Shown here piece by piece: positions 40,101 to 53,269 of a stretch of DNA of 64,000 nucleotides (position 1 is the stretch's first letter; each line of letters opens with the position of its first letter). The DNA is from Geosiphon pyriformis uo1. Taxonomy: Eukaryota; Fungi; Glomeromycota. The stretch spans positions 689,538 to 753,537 of the forward strand of contig JAAOMT010000128.1 in the NCBI GenBank assembly GCA_016748015.1, read 5' to 3'. The translations under genes and the position numbers were made by a program. The notes beneath the pieces are model-generated. The model was not told the DNA's origin and ran no database searches. It saw nothing but the letters and a program-made list of their open reading frames with translations.

Positions 40101-41071
40101 TATCTAATCCCAGTAAATGTAAAAAAAAGATAATTTCCTCATCTTGAAGTTGTTCACGCAGACTATCGTTTGAGGTAGAATTCTCAAAAAGTTGACGAAA
40201 TTTTTCAAAAACCCAAGTATCTAATTGGGTGGCATCTATTTTAGAATCCAATCCAATCCAATCCGATCAATATAAGGTATTTGAATAAAGGTCAAATAAT
40301 AGAACAAGGGTTTATAGTCATTAAAAAATACCTTTGGCAAAATTCTCAAGTTCGGAAGAGTACATTATTGTATCTATTCGAGAAGGGTCAGAAGCACCCT
40401 CAGAAAACATTGGCAATATATCAGGGGACCCGAAAGACCACGTATGTTTGCTTTGGTTCAAAACCGAATCAAATTCGACAGGATTTGTTTTCCAACCTGG
40501 CAAAATTTTCAAGGTCAAATTTTGAATCAATTAAAAAGACAAAACTATATTTTAAACCTTTTGTAACGGCACTGACATCCTCATAGAAGCCTGCAATCAA
40601 GGCCACATGTCCTGGTCTTGACTCAGTCGGGACGCGTGTATGTGATATTCCCCAGGACCCCTGTTCATTTATAATTTTCTTCAAGAATGGAGCTTTCAAG
40701 ACAGATTGCGCTGAGTTTTCGTCTGAAAGAAATTGATAAAGCTTATCCGCGCGTAAGCCATCAGCTAAAAGTTGTTAAAAGTAATAGTTATTATGCTATT
40801 TCACGAGCCTATGACTCGAATATAATTTGTTTTATTTAAATTTACCAACAAATAGAACCAGCCTTTTTGCAGGTGCCGGCAATCCCACTTTATACGGAGT
40901 CATACCATGAACCAATGGTGAGGTGAAATAAATGTCGAAAATACTCCATATGTATGCGACGTGAAATAACAGGCTAATAATAAGAAGACTACTGCTAGAA
41001 GTATTTGGAAGACCACAAATAAGAATAAAACGAAAAAAAGTCCTTAATCGAGTTAAAATTCGGAAAGCCAT
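37137..41071 (-). CDS. MCD4: GPI ethanolamine phosphate transferase 1 (PIG-N)
   Basis: [79 protein letters not shown]. Confidence 0.97.
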
Positions 41072-43113
41072 TAGTAAAAGGTCTTGAATTAGGAAAATCG
41101 TTCATGTTATATAAAAAATTATTGGATTTTTACAATGAGTCAATTCCAGGTACGAGACTTGCAGTGAACTGACACTAACCCGAAATGAAAGGTAGGATGA
41201 TCTTCACACGTGGGTGCCGGACCAACATAATAAATAAATAATTCTCCGATCTTAATATTTTAAATCAACTTCAGGCTTCAGTTTACAACTTTATGAAGCC
41301 TCAAGCTATTAGAACCTTTCTTTCAAGGCTGAAACATATAGCAGACTCATAAAGAGCTCAAAGAAGAACAAAAGAGAAAGAAAATTTTATAGAATCTGAA
41401 GGATAATATTACTTTTAAGTACGCAAGTGAAAAACATCGCAAATCATGTATTGCATGCGTTGGTTTATTCCTCTATTGCTTTTGCCATTCCCGAACGCCC
41501 CTCCATTCTTTGTTATTACCTTCTTAATCTCATATTTCCTGCATCAAAGACCATGGTAAACAGTTTTCCCTTTGCCTCGCTTTTTGATCCTGGTTTTTAT
41601 GCTTGTCACCGAACTGTACTTCCAACTCTATGTTCGCGTTAGTGTCTATTGCTCAATACTTTTGCTGGCGCTTTTCTCGAGTACTTGCTATTGGGGACAA
41701 GGTCGTTGTTGGTTGACCCTGAATCATGGAGATTTCCTAAATCCACAATCGATGTCAACTCCCAACGAAATGGCTGGTAGGGGGCATCTTCTTGATGCAG
41801 CTAAAGCTGGGGCTGTAGGTGGTTAAAAAAGTTTTAAGATTATAAACAAAAACAATTTACATTGCTCGTTACTTTGAATTACAAAGGGCTTTAGTATTCA
41901 TTATTAATCAACTTTTAATTCATTACTTTCCCTCAGATATGGGAAATTCATTCACATAAACAGTGTATTTAAAGAGATTAATATTGTATTTCTATATAAC
42001 CTTTAGCATTTTTCTTCTTTAGATTAGCAATGGCGACCGTTTTTGCGTTGACGCCAATCTTATTAATATTAAAGACAAATGAGAAATAGAAGGAATTTAG
42101 GAAGGGCAATTCTGGTAAATGTAACTTAAGAATTTCATTTTAAAACAAAGATTGGAAAAAAGCCCCTCAAACTCCAGAGGATTTATACAGACAAAGGGAT
42201 ATTTGACATAGATACGTGCTTTTAGATTAAATTTTCAAATTTTTTGATTATAAATTATATTATTTCATATAAAAGCAATGCGAAAGATGGGGGGCAAAAA
42301 AGTTTTTAAATCTCAATTAAAATTCCCATTATTTAAATTTTTCTTTTTTATAAACGGTGCATGGATTATGTAAACCCTAATAATAATAATGGTGCTACTA
42401 TGCTAATTATGAACGATCTTATTTGGTGATCAAAAAGGTATTTGGGAAATTTTTGATTTTTTGAATTTCAAATAATTGTATTCTCGATACGGAAAGCTTC
42501 ACAGTATCTGACTAAATGGAATGCATCAATTTTTAGAAATTGGGAAGAAGTGATTCAATAATTCATTACATTTAATAAGCATTTGTCCTCAATATTGAGA
42601 ATTTTTCAGTTCAGGTTTTAATTCTATGCTACTTTGACTTTTAATTTGATTTTTCTCTAAAGTGATCAACCATTAGCGATAAAATAAATTTCTTTCGAGA
42701 AATAACAGCGTAATTAGCTCGAATTGAATCAGTCACGGGATTCCTTCGGAGATTACCATCACCGCATTAGACTAACTTACTTAAACTGCGTCAAACTTGA
42801 TCAAGAAATATGAGGAATCAGCCTTCGTTTATAAACACAATCATTTGGCACAAAGGGGTCATTAGTGACGGCTCTTATACATAATACACCAATCGAAGGG
42901 TGTACTTTCCAATCAAATATATATATATATATAAAATCATCAACTCGCATTCTGTCTCCAACTATTAGCTTTTAGAACAATATAATTTCAAATTTTCTCC
43001 TCCCCTCTCTTAACCTAATAATTTTTCACAAATTTATCTCTTTGATAGACTCAAGTCGCGTCTTAAAATATCAATATAATCTAGTACTTTTACTTAACGA
43101 CAAATAAATCACA

Positions 43114-44164
43114 ATGATCAAAATTTGGTCAATCAAAAAGGAGAACGCACAAGCCGAGAAAAGGAAAACAAAAGTCAGTGCCGCCCAGATTCGCGTGCAA
43201 AAAGGTAGGTACTTTGGTCGGCTGATGCGTGTGACCTAATTTTAAGTCAGGATGCATAGTCAAAGATTATTGCAAAACCTGTTATAATTTTCAAGGAATT
43301 TAGGAAACTGGCTTGAGTTTTAATTATTCAAAACTTAATTCTAGTGGGAATGAAGTCATGCTAATTTACTTCCTGTCTTATTATTTAATGTTTTCAAGAT
43401 TTGACGGAATTGGCACTTCCCGATACAATGCAAATGAGTTTCCCCGATGAATCAGACTTGCTCAATTTCGATCTATCTATAAGACCTGATGAAGGTATAT
43501 TTTAATATAAAATAAGAATTATCATCTTAAACTACTCTTTTAAATTATAAAACTTATATCCAATTTGGTTAAACGTCAACCCGTCGACCATCTGCTTGTC
43601 GATTCCCAATAAATTTGTGATGATTTACAAATTTTAAAGGTTTCTATAAAGGTGGTCTTTTTAGGTTTAAATTCAATATAAATAACAATTATCCTCATGA
43701 TCCACCAAAGGTTCGATGCACTCAAAAGGTAAATTTAATCAATCAATCAATCAATTTAAATATAAATTTACATAATAAATCCTGGTAAAAATAATATTTT
43801 ATTTCAATAATTTCACTGTCACTAGATTTATCATCCCAATATTGATCTTGAAGGAAATGTATGTTTGAACATTCTGCGTGAAGATTGGAAACCTGTTTTG
43901 AACCTCAACTCTGTCTTGGTAGGTTTGCAATACCTCTTCCTAGAACCCAATGCAGAAGATCCTCTGAACAAAGGTAAATCGATTTTAAATGTAATAAATA
44001 AAATATTACATTTTAATTCGTTCATCTTAACATAAATTCATAATGTATTCGCAGAAGCGGCTGAGGACTTGAGATCAAACCGGAAGAATTTCGAACATAA
44101 CGTCAAACAATCTATGAGGGGGAAGGATGTTAAAGGGGTTTATTTCGAGAATGTGTTGATTTGA
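43114..44164 (+). CDS. UBC12: NEDD8-conjugating enzyme Ubc12/UBE2M, 5 exons
   Basis: [71 protein letters not shown]. Confidence 0.97.
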
Positions 44165-44309
44165 GAGAACCCTAGTTTGATTGCAAATGATTCCCTCATT
44201 TAATACACTGAAGATTTTTTTTCCTTCGTTAACATAGACTAATAAGAACTTTTGGGGGTTTTCGTTGTAGTCTTTTTTACGTCTTGCTTTTATATTCTTC
44301 TTGCTACAA

Positions 44310-44350
44310 TTTCCTTTCCTTTCCTTTCCTTTCCTGACCTGACCTGACCT
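44310..44350 (+). repeat. Compound pentamer microsatellite (TTTCC)n-(TGACC)n in the UBC12 3' region
   Basis: tttcctttcctttcctttcctttcctgacctgacctgacct. Confidence 0.9.
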
Positions 44351-46336
44351 TCTAAATTCTCATTAATTCATAATTGAATTAAAAGCGCTGCTTTGAACAG
44401 TAGTTGGCTATATAATAGTTGAACTATTAGTGAAATAGATGTACAGAATGGAGAGAATTGGCTTGTTCTTCGTAACCTGAAATCAGCATGTTCTAGTGAA
44501 AAAAATGGCTTGATCTTTAGACATTTATCCTGAATTCAAAGGGAGGTTGTCTTTGTGACTGGAGTTAAACCTGTTATATTGACATTTTTTATAGTTGAAC
44601 GAGTATTTAGGCTTGAAAGTGTAGGCAGCGGTGGTATTTGTAAAGGTATTATGGAGACGTCAATCGTACACAGAACAAAAGTTGTGATAACTAGTAAAAG
44701 ATTAACTTTGGATTTTTTTATCATTGTTTAATTGACCAACAATAAAGTTTAGGACGTTTAGAAGTTACCGGAAAAGAATGATCAATGTTCAAGTACTATA
44801 GGTCTTCTTTCACTGAGGATTGTTAGCAAGCTATCATTCTCAATCATTTAATATTTAATAGAACCCTTTTATTAGTTGTTAATCTCTGACTTTAGCCCAG
44901 TCGGGGCTGATGTTCGTAACCTGCAAGAAATGGTCAAAGGCGTTCAAGAAAGCGATTGAAACATTTTACCAGATTTGACGTTTAAATCAATGGTCTGAGA
45001 TAAGGTATACTTAATTTTTACATTCTTTTAATGTAAGATGGGAACTCTCATTTCCAATGTTTCGTATGGTGGTCGAAATTAATCTTTTAGGACGTTCAAT
45101 GTAACTAAAGTATGTTTCCCTTATTTAACATCGCGATAAAAATAAGTGACTGAAATTTAATCTAATGTGGTGAAAAAATGAGACTTTGAAATCAATTTGA
45201 TTGAAACTTTCCCCATGATATTAGGCACTATATATCAGGTATCCAGATTCATTGTATTACACTAAAAAATTAAAATATCTTTGACCTCGAACTCATTTTT
45301 AATTGTGCAAAACCTTCCCTAACTGAATGGCATTCGGTTAAATGAGATCGCACCTGGCCTAATTGAGGGAACTGCTACCAGCAGTCGCCCAACAAGTAAT
45401 CCGTAATATCCCTTTACAGCGAATGGTATTTATAGAATTTTCAAAGCTAAAATTTGTTTTCTGAATACTGGAGGATATTGGATTTTTTAAAATCTTTTTG
45501 ATCTTGGAAGCTGCCAGTCACATCACTAATATACATGTACCTTCCTTCACCCAACATAGGACAACGTTATGCCGTGGATGGTAGTGAGAAGCCTTGCCTT
45601 ATCCTGAGAGCGTATTATATTCTGCTGAATTTTATCAAAAAAAACCCAGGTTTTAAATTGTAATTGAACGGGCGAATTGGTTTTATTAATTAAAATATAT
45701 TAATTTATTAGTCAAAAAACAAGATTTATTGCTCAATTTAAACTTAATACAATAATTCACTGAAGAATAGTAAAAAGTTTTCAAGGATTTTTACCCAGTG
45801 TTTAATACTTTTTGCGAAAAGAATGGCCGATTTGCAAAAATATTATTTCAGAATACAATGATGTAATTTTTATTCATATTTACATATATTCAATACTTTG
45901 CTATTAAATGTGGCGTCCCACTTACACGAAAGAGTACTGGATAACTGCGTATTTAAGAATTGGTCGAAATGATGCATGGAATATCTATTCGTGTCGTTAT
46001 AATTGTGCGACAATGCCTTCTTTTGAATGGGATAATACATTTACATTAATCATAATATAATAGTCCTGATCCTTGACATCTAACCAACATATACAAAACG
46101 TCTTTCTTTTTTCGCGATCTCAAAATCTCCTCCCAGCCCCTATAAAAATTTCGACCTCCTGTCGCTTTCCTACCCGCTTATAGAATTTTCATTTTTCCTG
46201 CCAACTCAAAGTTGTCCAGTAACAAGATAAAGAGCGTATTACAAAAAATTACAAGTTCAAAAATCACACTGATATAATAACTTAAATTGCCATACAAGGA
46301 GCAGTGAAGATTGTAGTATAAGAAATAATTGACAAC

Positions 46337-49272
46337 ATGGCAGATAAGAAAATCAAAAAAATCATTACCAATAGTTCGCACTCAAATAATACTCAACAGC
46401 CAGAACGAACATTATCTCGAGGAAAATCTGTAGTTGGCCCGAGACCCTTACCTTCGACTACCACCCCTCCTAATAACTCTGTGTCCAATAATAACAATCC
46501 TGAAATAAATAGCAATGGTTACAACCATAGCAATAACATAACGACCTTATCACCACAGAAAACGAAAACCACACCCGGCCTACCCTTCGTAACCTTACTT
46601 ACCCACGATGACCCTGCCCAATCCAGAAGTCCGACAACAGCTTCGGCACCATTTCCCGCTTTAGTATCGCCGAAACCCCATAAACCGTTAGCCACCGCAC
46701 ACAATGATATCTCGCGAGCTTTGGAAACGCAAGAGACTGATATTGACATGCGATCGGGTCGGGAAAGTTGGTTTCCCGGAGATGAAAGAAATATGTCAGT
46801 TTTAGGTCATCCCCAGATACAGCCAAATCCACATCAGACTTCAAATAATTACCAGAATAATAATCAAAATGAAATCCTTTCTTATCCACAACAACAACCT
46901 CCAAAAATATCAGGCGGTCCACTATCGCCTCCATCCCCACCACAACAGTATTATGATCAGCAGCAACAAATTGTATACTCAAACCAACCAAAATCAGGCG
47001 ATTTATCAAGTATTGATGAGAATGGATCAAATGAAAATCAGCCACCGAATTTCATCTCGAATTTTCCGACACGATATAAGACAACAGCCCCGGTAATTCA
47101 ACAAGAATATCCATATTCGCCGCCATCATCATTCGAACTTGCGACACGAAATTTGAGTGAAGGCCACCAAGCTCCTTTGCCCGGAGCATATCCACATGTT
47201 GGTCCGAATTCTAGCCCTCAATACCATCAACCTGGTATTTTTCATTGCTTCACTTTCTTTCTTTGTTCGTAACTATTATTTAATTGATTTAGCTAAAAAT
47301 AACATCTTTTTCTTATAGGTCGGTTATCAGAAGAATTAGCGCGAAAACTACCAACAAAAGCTCCTGAATCACAACGAGGACATTCAAGCGCACCAACTTC
47401 GCCTACTAAATCTACCCCACCAACCTTGAATATTCAACAAGCCCCTTATAATCAGAATGGTCCAACATTAGCACATTCCCAATCCTGGAGCAATAGTACT
47501 CCGATTCAGCAATCAGGTCATCATTATCCAACCCTATCACTAATCACTGATCCACAAATGCTTAATGGACATCATTTTGGGCAAGGCCCCGTAATGCGAC
47601 AAAACGGTGCTTATGCCTCACAACACGATCAACACTTATGGATTTCAGATCAAAATGGAAGCTCGTACGAACAACAAAATTATCAAAATGGTCTTCGAAG
47701 TTCTGTTGTTAGTGTCCCACAGCGTGCACCTTCACCATCTTATTTCCCTCGTAATCCATCTCCTTTGGGTATTGCACGTCAGCCTTCTCCATCTAACCCT
47801 CAGATAGGACCAGATGGAACACCGCTAGTAACTTTATCCGGAGGTCGGCAAAGCGTATATGGTCGAACCTCACCGAACCCCGATTATCGCATGTCCGTTC
47901 AATCGGCACCAAGATCTCCGAATACTAGGGCTCTTCGATTACTTATTGATGACAAAAATGCGAAACGAATGACATTTACCTCATTTACACTTGCCACTGA
48001 CGAAAATGCTCTCCAAAGGTACCGCGAAGCTGCCACAAAAGCAGCCGATCCAACTGTCCAAGTGGATTATGCCAAATTTCTGATTGGCATGTCTAATTTC
48101 TACGTTACCGAAAATCCGACTAGCCCTAATCCAGATTCGAATAAAAATGATACATACACAAAGTTGGTCAATGAATCAGTTTATTGGATAGATAAATTGG
48201 CGAAAAACAATCACCCGGAAGCAATGTATATCAAAGGGACTTGGCATGAGTATGGAAATTTTACAAAAGAAGTGAATATGGAAAAAGCGTTAAAATATTA
48301 TCAGTCAGCCTCGAAACAGGATCATGCAAAAGCGAACACCAAAGTAGGCGAACATTATGAAAGACAGAGAAATTTTGGTCGTACTATATCATTTTTTCAA
48401 AAGGCAGCTTCTTTAGGAGACGTGACAGCACTCTATGTGAGTATTCATGATTTCTCCTTACTGAAGAATATATTTATAATGAAATCTGCTTTATTTTCTT
48501 TTATTAGCGACTTGCATTAATATACATGCTAGGCGAAATGAAACAAGAAGTCAACTATAAACAAGCCTTGATTTACCTAAAACAAGCGGCCAACAAAGCT
48601 AACGAAGATTGTCCGGAAGGTGCATTTGTATACGGAATGATTCTCGCCAAAGAATACGAACAAGCACATGTTCCTGATGAACTAGTAGTCCCTGATCAAC
48701 ACGAAGCTAAAGAGTTGATTCAAAAGGCAGCGAATCTAGGGTACGTCTCTGCCTTATACAAAATGGGCCATTGTCATGAGTACGGGGTGCTTGAGTGTCC
48801 ATTCGATCCAGTACTATCTGTTTCATATTATAAACGAGCGGCGGATAAAGGTCAAGCAGACGCGCATATGGCCCTGAGTAAATGGTATTTATGTGGTGCC
48901 GAAGGATTCTTTGATCAGAATGAAGCTCTGGCATATGACCATGCTGAGAAAGCGGCTAAGCAGGGGTTGCCCGCTGCTGAATTTGCTATGGGATATTTCC
49001 ATGAAGTAGGAATTAACACGCAAGTTAATTTACAGATTGCAAAAGTATGGTATACTAAGGTGAGGAGACGAAGATTTCGATTTTCATTTTTATTTATAGC
49101 TCTCACGAATACTTATTGGTTATTTCAGGCTGCGGCTCATGGAAATCAAGATGCAAAAGAAAGACTGGAGCGTGGAGATACGATAACACGCCTAGAACAC
49201 GAAAACACGGTACAAAAGGAACTAAAGAAACAACGAAAACCCGATAAGGATAAAGACTGTATTATTCAATAA
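46337..49272 (+). CDS. Sel1-repeat chitin synthase regulator (Chs4/Skt5/Ack1-like) with CaaX box
   Basis: Long P/Q/S/N-rich N-terminus, Sel1 repeats (ALYKMGHCHEYG..C.FDP.LS..YY.RAA, MALSKWYLCGAEG, AEFAMGYFHEVG), ending CIIQ*. Three introns. Confidence 0.9.
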
Positions 49273-49824
49273 TAATTTCCTGATAACCTTATTGAAAGAA
49301 CATTATTTTATCGCCTCTCTTACTTCATATCAAAAGTCTATTAGTCATAAACTTGATTTTCCTATGAAGCTGTGGGTTTCTTTAGGTCTTTAAGGGAATT
49401 TTGACGGCGATTACAAAAATATTAAATTAAATACATTCAACCTTTGAAACACCTTTGTAATATATTAATTCTAAAATAATAAATTTGGAAATCTCATGTA
49501 ATTTTATGCTTGCCAAGTATTTCAAGCTTACCTGCCATATTGAAAAGTTTTCGCAAATTTCTAGTTACAGTTGACTGCCGTGAGGGAATAATTGGAGCAG
49601 GAGGGCATGTAAGCAGTTGAAATCTTCCACTTACTTTTTCTTTTGCATTCAAAAGACTTGATCTACCAAGGGGAGTATTAATCTACGACTGGTGTATACA
49701 AACACACACCATGAATTGTTTGATAAATATTGTTTTTCGCCGAAAATTTTCCAAATTTGATAACTTCAAAAGCTAAATAGGAATCTACAAAAATTAAGAT
49801 AGTCGTAAGTGACTGATTTTAGCA

Positions 49825-51122
49825 TCATATAGCAACAACCAAAATTAACAGGATAAATAAGATAGCGATCAGGATTGTAATCCAACAAGTGGATTTAGAC
49901 TCTAGAATTGGAGGAATAAATGAATATTAGAAAAAAGAATTGCTTTAAGATAGAAGTTGAAAATAGGGGAATTAGTAACCTTCATTTTTTTTGATGATAT
50001 ATGCAACTTTGCGCATTGCCTTGTTCAATCGGCTTTGAGTATCATCTACATGGTGACCAAAGTCCTCCAGTAACCTGTGTAGTATCACGTCAGTAACTTT
50101 TTGTTTAGAATCCATGGAAAAAAAGCCAAGAGTGGGAGTCGAAATAAATGATTATACGAACACATTTTGGTTGTCTATTTCATTCCCAATTGTGGTGGCA
50201 ATACCATGAATATTCCGAGCAGTCCCATATAGAGATTCTAGTTGACCATCTTGCTCTTCGATTAGAATCTGATGATATGTCGGTAATATATTAATCATAA
50301 ATAATCGATCTTTCTTGATGTTACTTTCCAATATGATAATATACAAACGGCCTGTTGATGTGACTCGTTTTCAATAAACCTTTGATTATCCATCTCGATT
50401 TCTTCAAAATGTTCTCGTGATTTATAATCATTTAAGGCAGAAATGGTTCGCACGCCTTGAAATAATTCCTGCGAATTAAAAAGCTATTAGCAGGCCAAAA
50501 AATGGGCCAAAATTTTGTCCCAATTTGAACAAAATAGAAAGGTACCTGCCGATCGTTTTTTTGAGGAGCCGAAATTGTTATTTGTATTTCCTAAATAATG
50601 ATTCAAGAGAGAAGCAATTCTGAAATGGTATCTCAAGAATATATGCGTCTTAAAACTTGCACAAACCTTTAATTGTTGCCTTATCCCATCAACAAAACTT
50701 TGACGCGAATTCAAGTCTTCTCTCGTTAAAAGGAACTTTGAAGGATTAAGCTGTACGACTTGTAATTAATTTCAACGAAATCAAGGAATGTTTAAGAAAT
50801 AGATATTAAATGAACTTTTGGCTATAAAATGGACAGATTGAGAAATTAGAAAGGATATTAATTGTTTCTTCCAAATCATCTAGATCAGTTGTGATGCCCT
50901 GGGTAATCGCTCTCAAATCTTCTTCAGTCCTTTGGAGTTCTTCATTATACCGCGAAGATACGGTATTATAAATGCGTTTCCAACTTTGAAAAAGGTTACT
51001 TAAATTGGCCATATTTTCCTCGACATCTCTGAAATACAAAAGAAATATTAAATTTGAAGAAGAGAATGATCAAAATATAGACCTTACTCTTTGACAACGA
51101 AAAAGGGATCTTCTGAACTCAT
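49825..51122 (-). CDS. TLG1: Syntaxin-6/Tlg1 Qc-SNARE
   Basis: MSSEDPFFVVK, DLDDLEETIKVVQLNPSKF, EQDGQLESL..IGNEIDNQN, and a C-terminal TM helix CWITILIAILFILLILVVAI*. Confidence 0.92.
50762..50858 (-). other. U12-type AT-AC intron in TLG1/STX6
   Basis: Donor ATATCCTTT, branch TTCCTTGAT (50780-50788), terminal AC. Removing it gives in-frame EETIKVVQLNPSKF. Confidence 0.93.
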
Positions 51123-51649
51123 TAGGGTGTCCTTAAAAGAAAGCTCAGCGTCAAATTAGTAGAGATTCACACAAAATTGTTCATACATTTCAAGACATTT
51201 AGCCATTTGCACTTATTAACCCACGTGCCTTGTCCATTGACCATCTTTAATCTGATATTTATGAATTTAAATTTAAAAAATGTAATAGACAATATTGAAG
51301 TTTTATTATTATTTAAAATAATATAGAACATTAATGTTAAATATATTAATAAAATAAAAATTGTAAATTATTTATTATTATTATTGGGCATTTACAAATG
51401 TAACTATTATAATACTTTTTATATGTAATCAGTTATCTAAACTAATTAAAGCCAACTATATATTATTTAATATATTATTAAAACCAACAGAATTAACAAA
51501 TCTTAAAGTGACAAAATACTTGAACTTTTAACATCAAAAATTATGTAATTACTATTAAAAATTAAATTTTTTTTATATTTTATATGTAATTTAATATTCA
51601 AAATTTAAATACTTTTTTTATAAATTACAATTAAATTGCAAATAAGATT

Positions 51650-52650
51650 TATAACATATAAATTAAAATTAATCTTTTAAACTTATATATAGTCACAACT
51701 AAAACAAAGAGTAAAAAAGATATAAATATTACTTTTTTTATAATAACTATTAAAATTTTAACAAAAAAAGTATTTTTTATTGTAAAAACAGCTAAATAAA
51801 ATATCTTAAAGACATTATTACTTATAAAATAATTAAAAATCAAATATAACATAAATTAATCAATTATATATTAAAAATTATTAGATAATATAATATTAGA
51901 AATTTTAATAATAACTTAAAAAAAATATAAAAATCAGTAAAAAATTCAGAAATCTATATTATAAAAATTTATATATATATAATAACAGCATTAAAAACAG
52001 AAAAATAAGAATTTTTTTATTTAATTTGTTTTAAATAACTTTAATAGTTAAAAATTTAATACTTAAAACAAATAAAATTTTTTATTGATTATTTACTATT
52101 TAAATACATAAATTTATATTTATCTTATTAAAATTATTTACTGTTAATTAATACAAATAATATTTATACATAAAATTAATTTTTAAATTATTTATTAAAA
52201 AAACAAAAAACATTAAAATAAACTGATTATTATATTAAAAAAATTAAATACTAAATATTATTAATTGTTATTATTTGAATCTTTATTTATTAAACAAAAA
52301 ACTTAATTATTAAAATTTTTAAATTAAAAAAATTTTTAAATTACAATACTAATTAACAACATTAATTTATAGATTAATATATTATATAATTATTTATAAT
52401 AGTGTTTTTTTAAAAAACTTGAAAATTTTTAATAACAGATTAATTAACAATTTAATTTTTTAATTTTATTACTATTATTATTATTATTATTATTATTTTA
52501 TAAATAGCCAAAAAAACCAAAAACTTAAAAAAATAACAATTATTTTTTTTGTTATTATTATATTAAATTTTTTTGGTATTCCAAATAAGATTTTGAAAAA
52601 AATTTTAGCAATAATAATTAATTTTTTTTTTAATATAAATAACAATAATA
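51650..52650. repeat. Dispersed repeat family A copy (blocks in a different order from 300-1260)
   Basis: See 300-1260. The pseudo-ORFs 235-462 and 51649-51852 share IKN.FFVK.L.VII.K. Confidence 0.75.
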
Positions 52651-53269
52651 ATAAAATTTTTTTAAAATAAATCAAAATTAATTATTAATTATATTATTAA
52701 AAATAACAAAACAAGACATATTTTTAAATATGTTTTTATTTAATCAATTTGTTAAATTACTTAATCTTAAAAATTAAGTTAATTAAATAAAAACTGAATA
52801 AATTTTTTTTTGTTTTTTAATGTTGTTTTTAATAATATTTAAAAAACAATTACCAATTGTTAAAGATTTGTTAAGTAAATAATTTCTATTTTAATATTTA
52901 ATGTTTTTATTAAAATTAAAATAACTTATATTAAGAATGTATTTTAATTTTAACATGATTTTTTTAATTTGCATTTAACCACCAAAAATAATATTAAACT
53001 TTTTTGTATAAAGTTTATATTTTAAACTTCTTTAAATATTGTTATATAAATTAAGTTTAATAATTTACTTTTTTTTATTTTAAAAATTATAAAGTTTTTT
53101 GTAGTTTTTTTTGAATTTTTTTTTTAACTATTGTTTTTTATAATGTCTTTTTTATTATTGTTTTTAATAATATTAAAATTGTTTTTTTTAAATTAATGTT
53201 TACTAATTTGTAATTTTATATTATTTTTATTTTAAGTTTTTTTATTATTAAAATTATTTTTACTTTTTA

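Noticed and set aside
45560-45620. Possible spliceosomal snRNA (gccttgccttatcc)
   Set aside because: Does not match the U5 loop GCCTTTTAC or U4/U6 cores.
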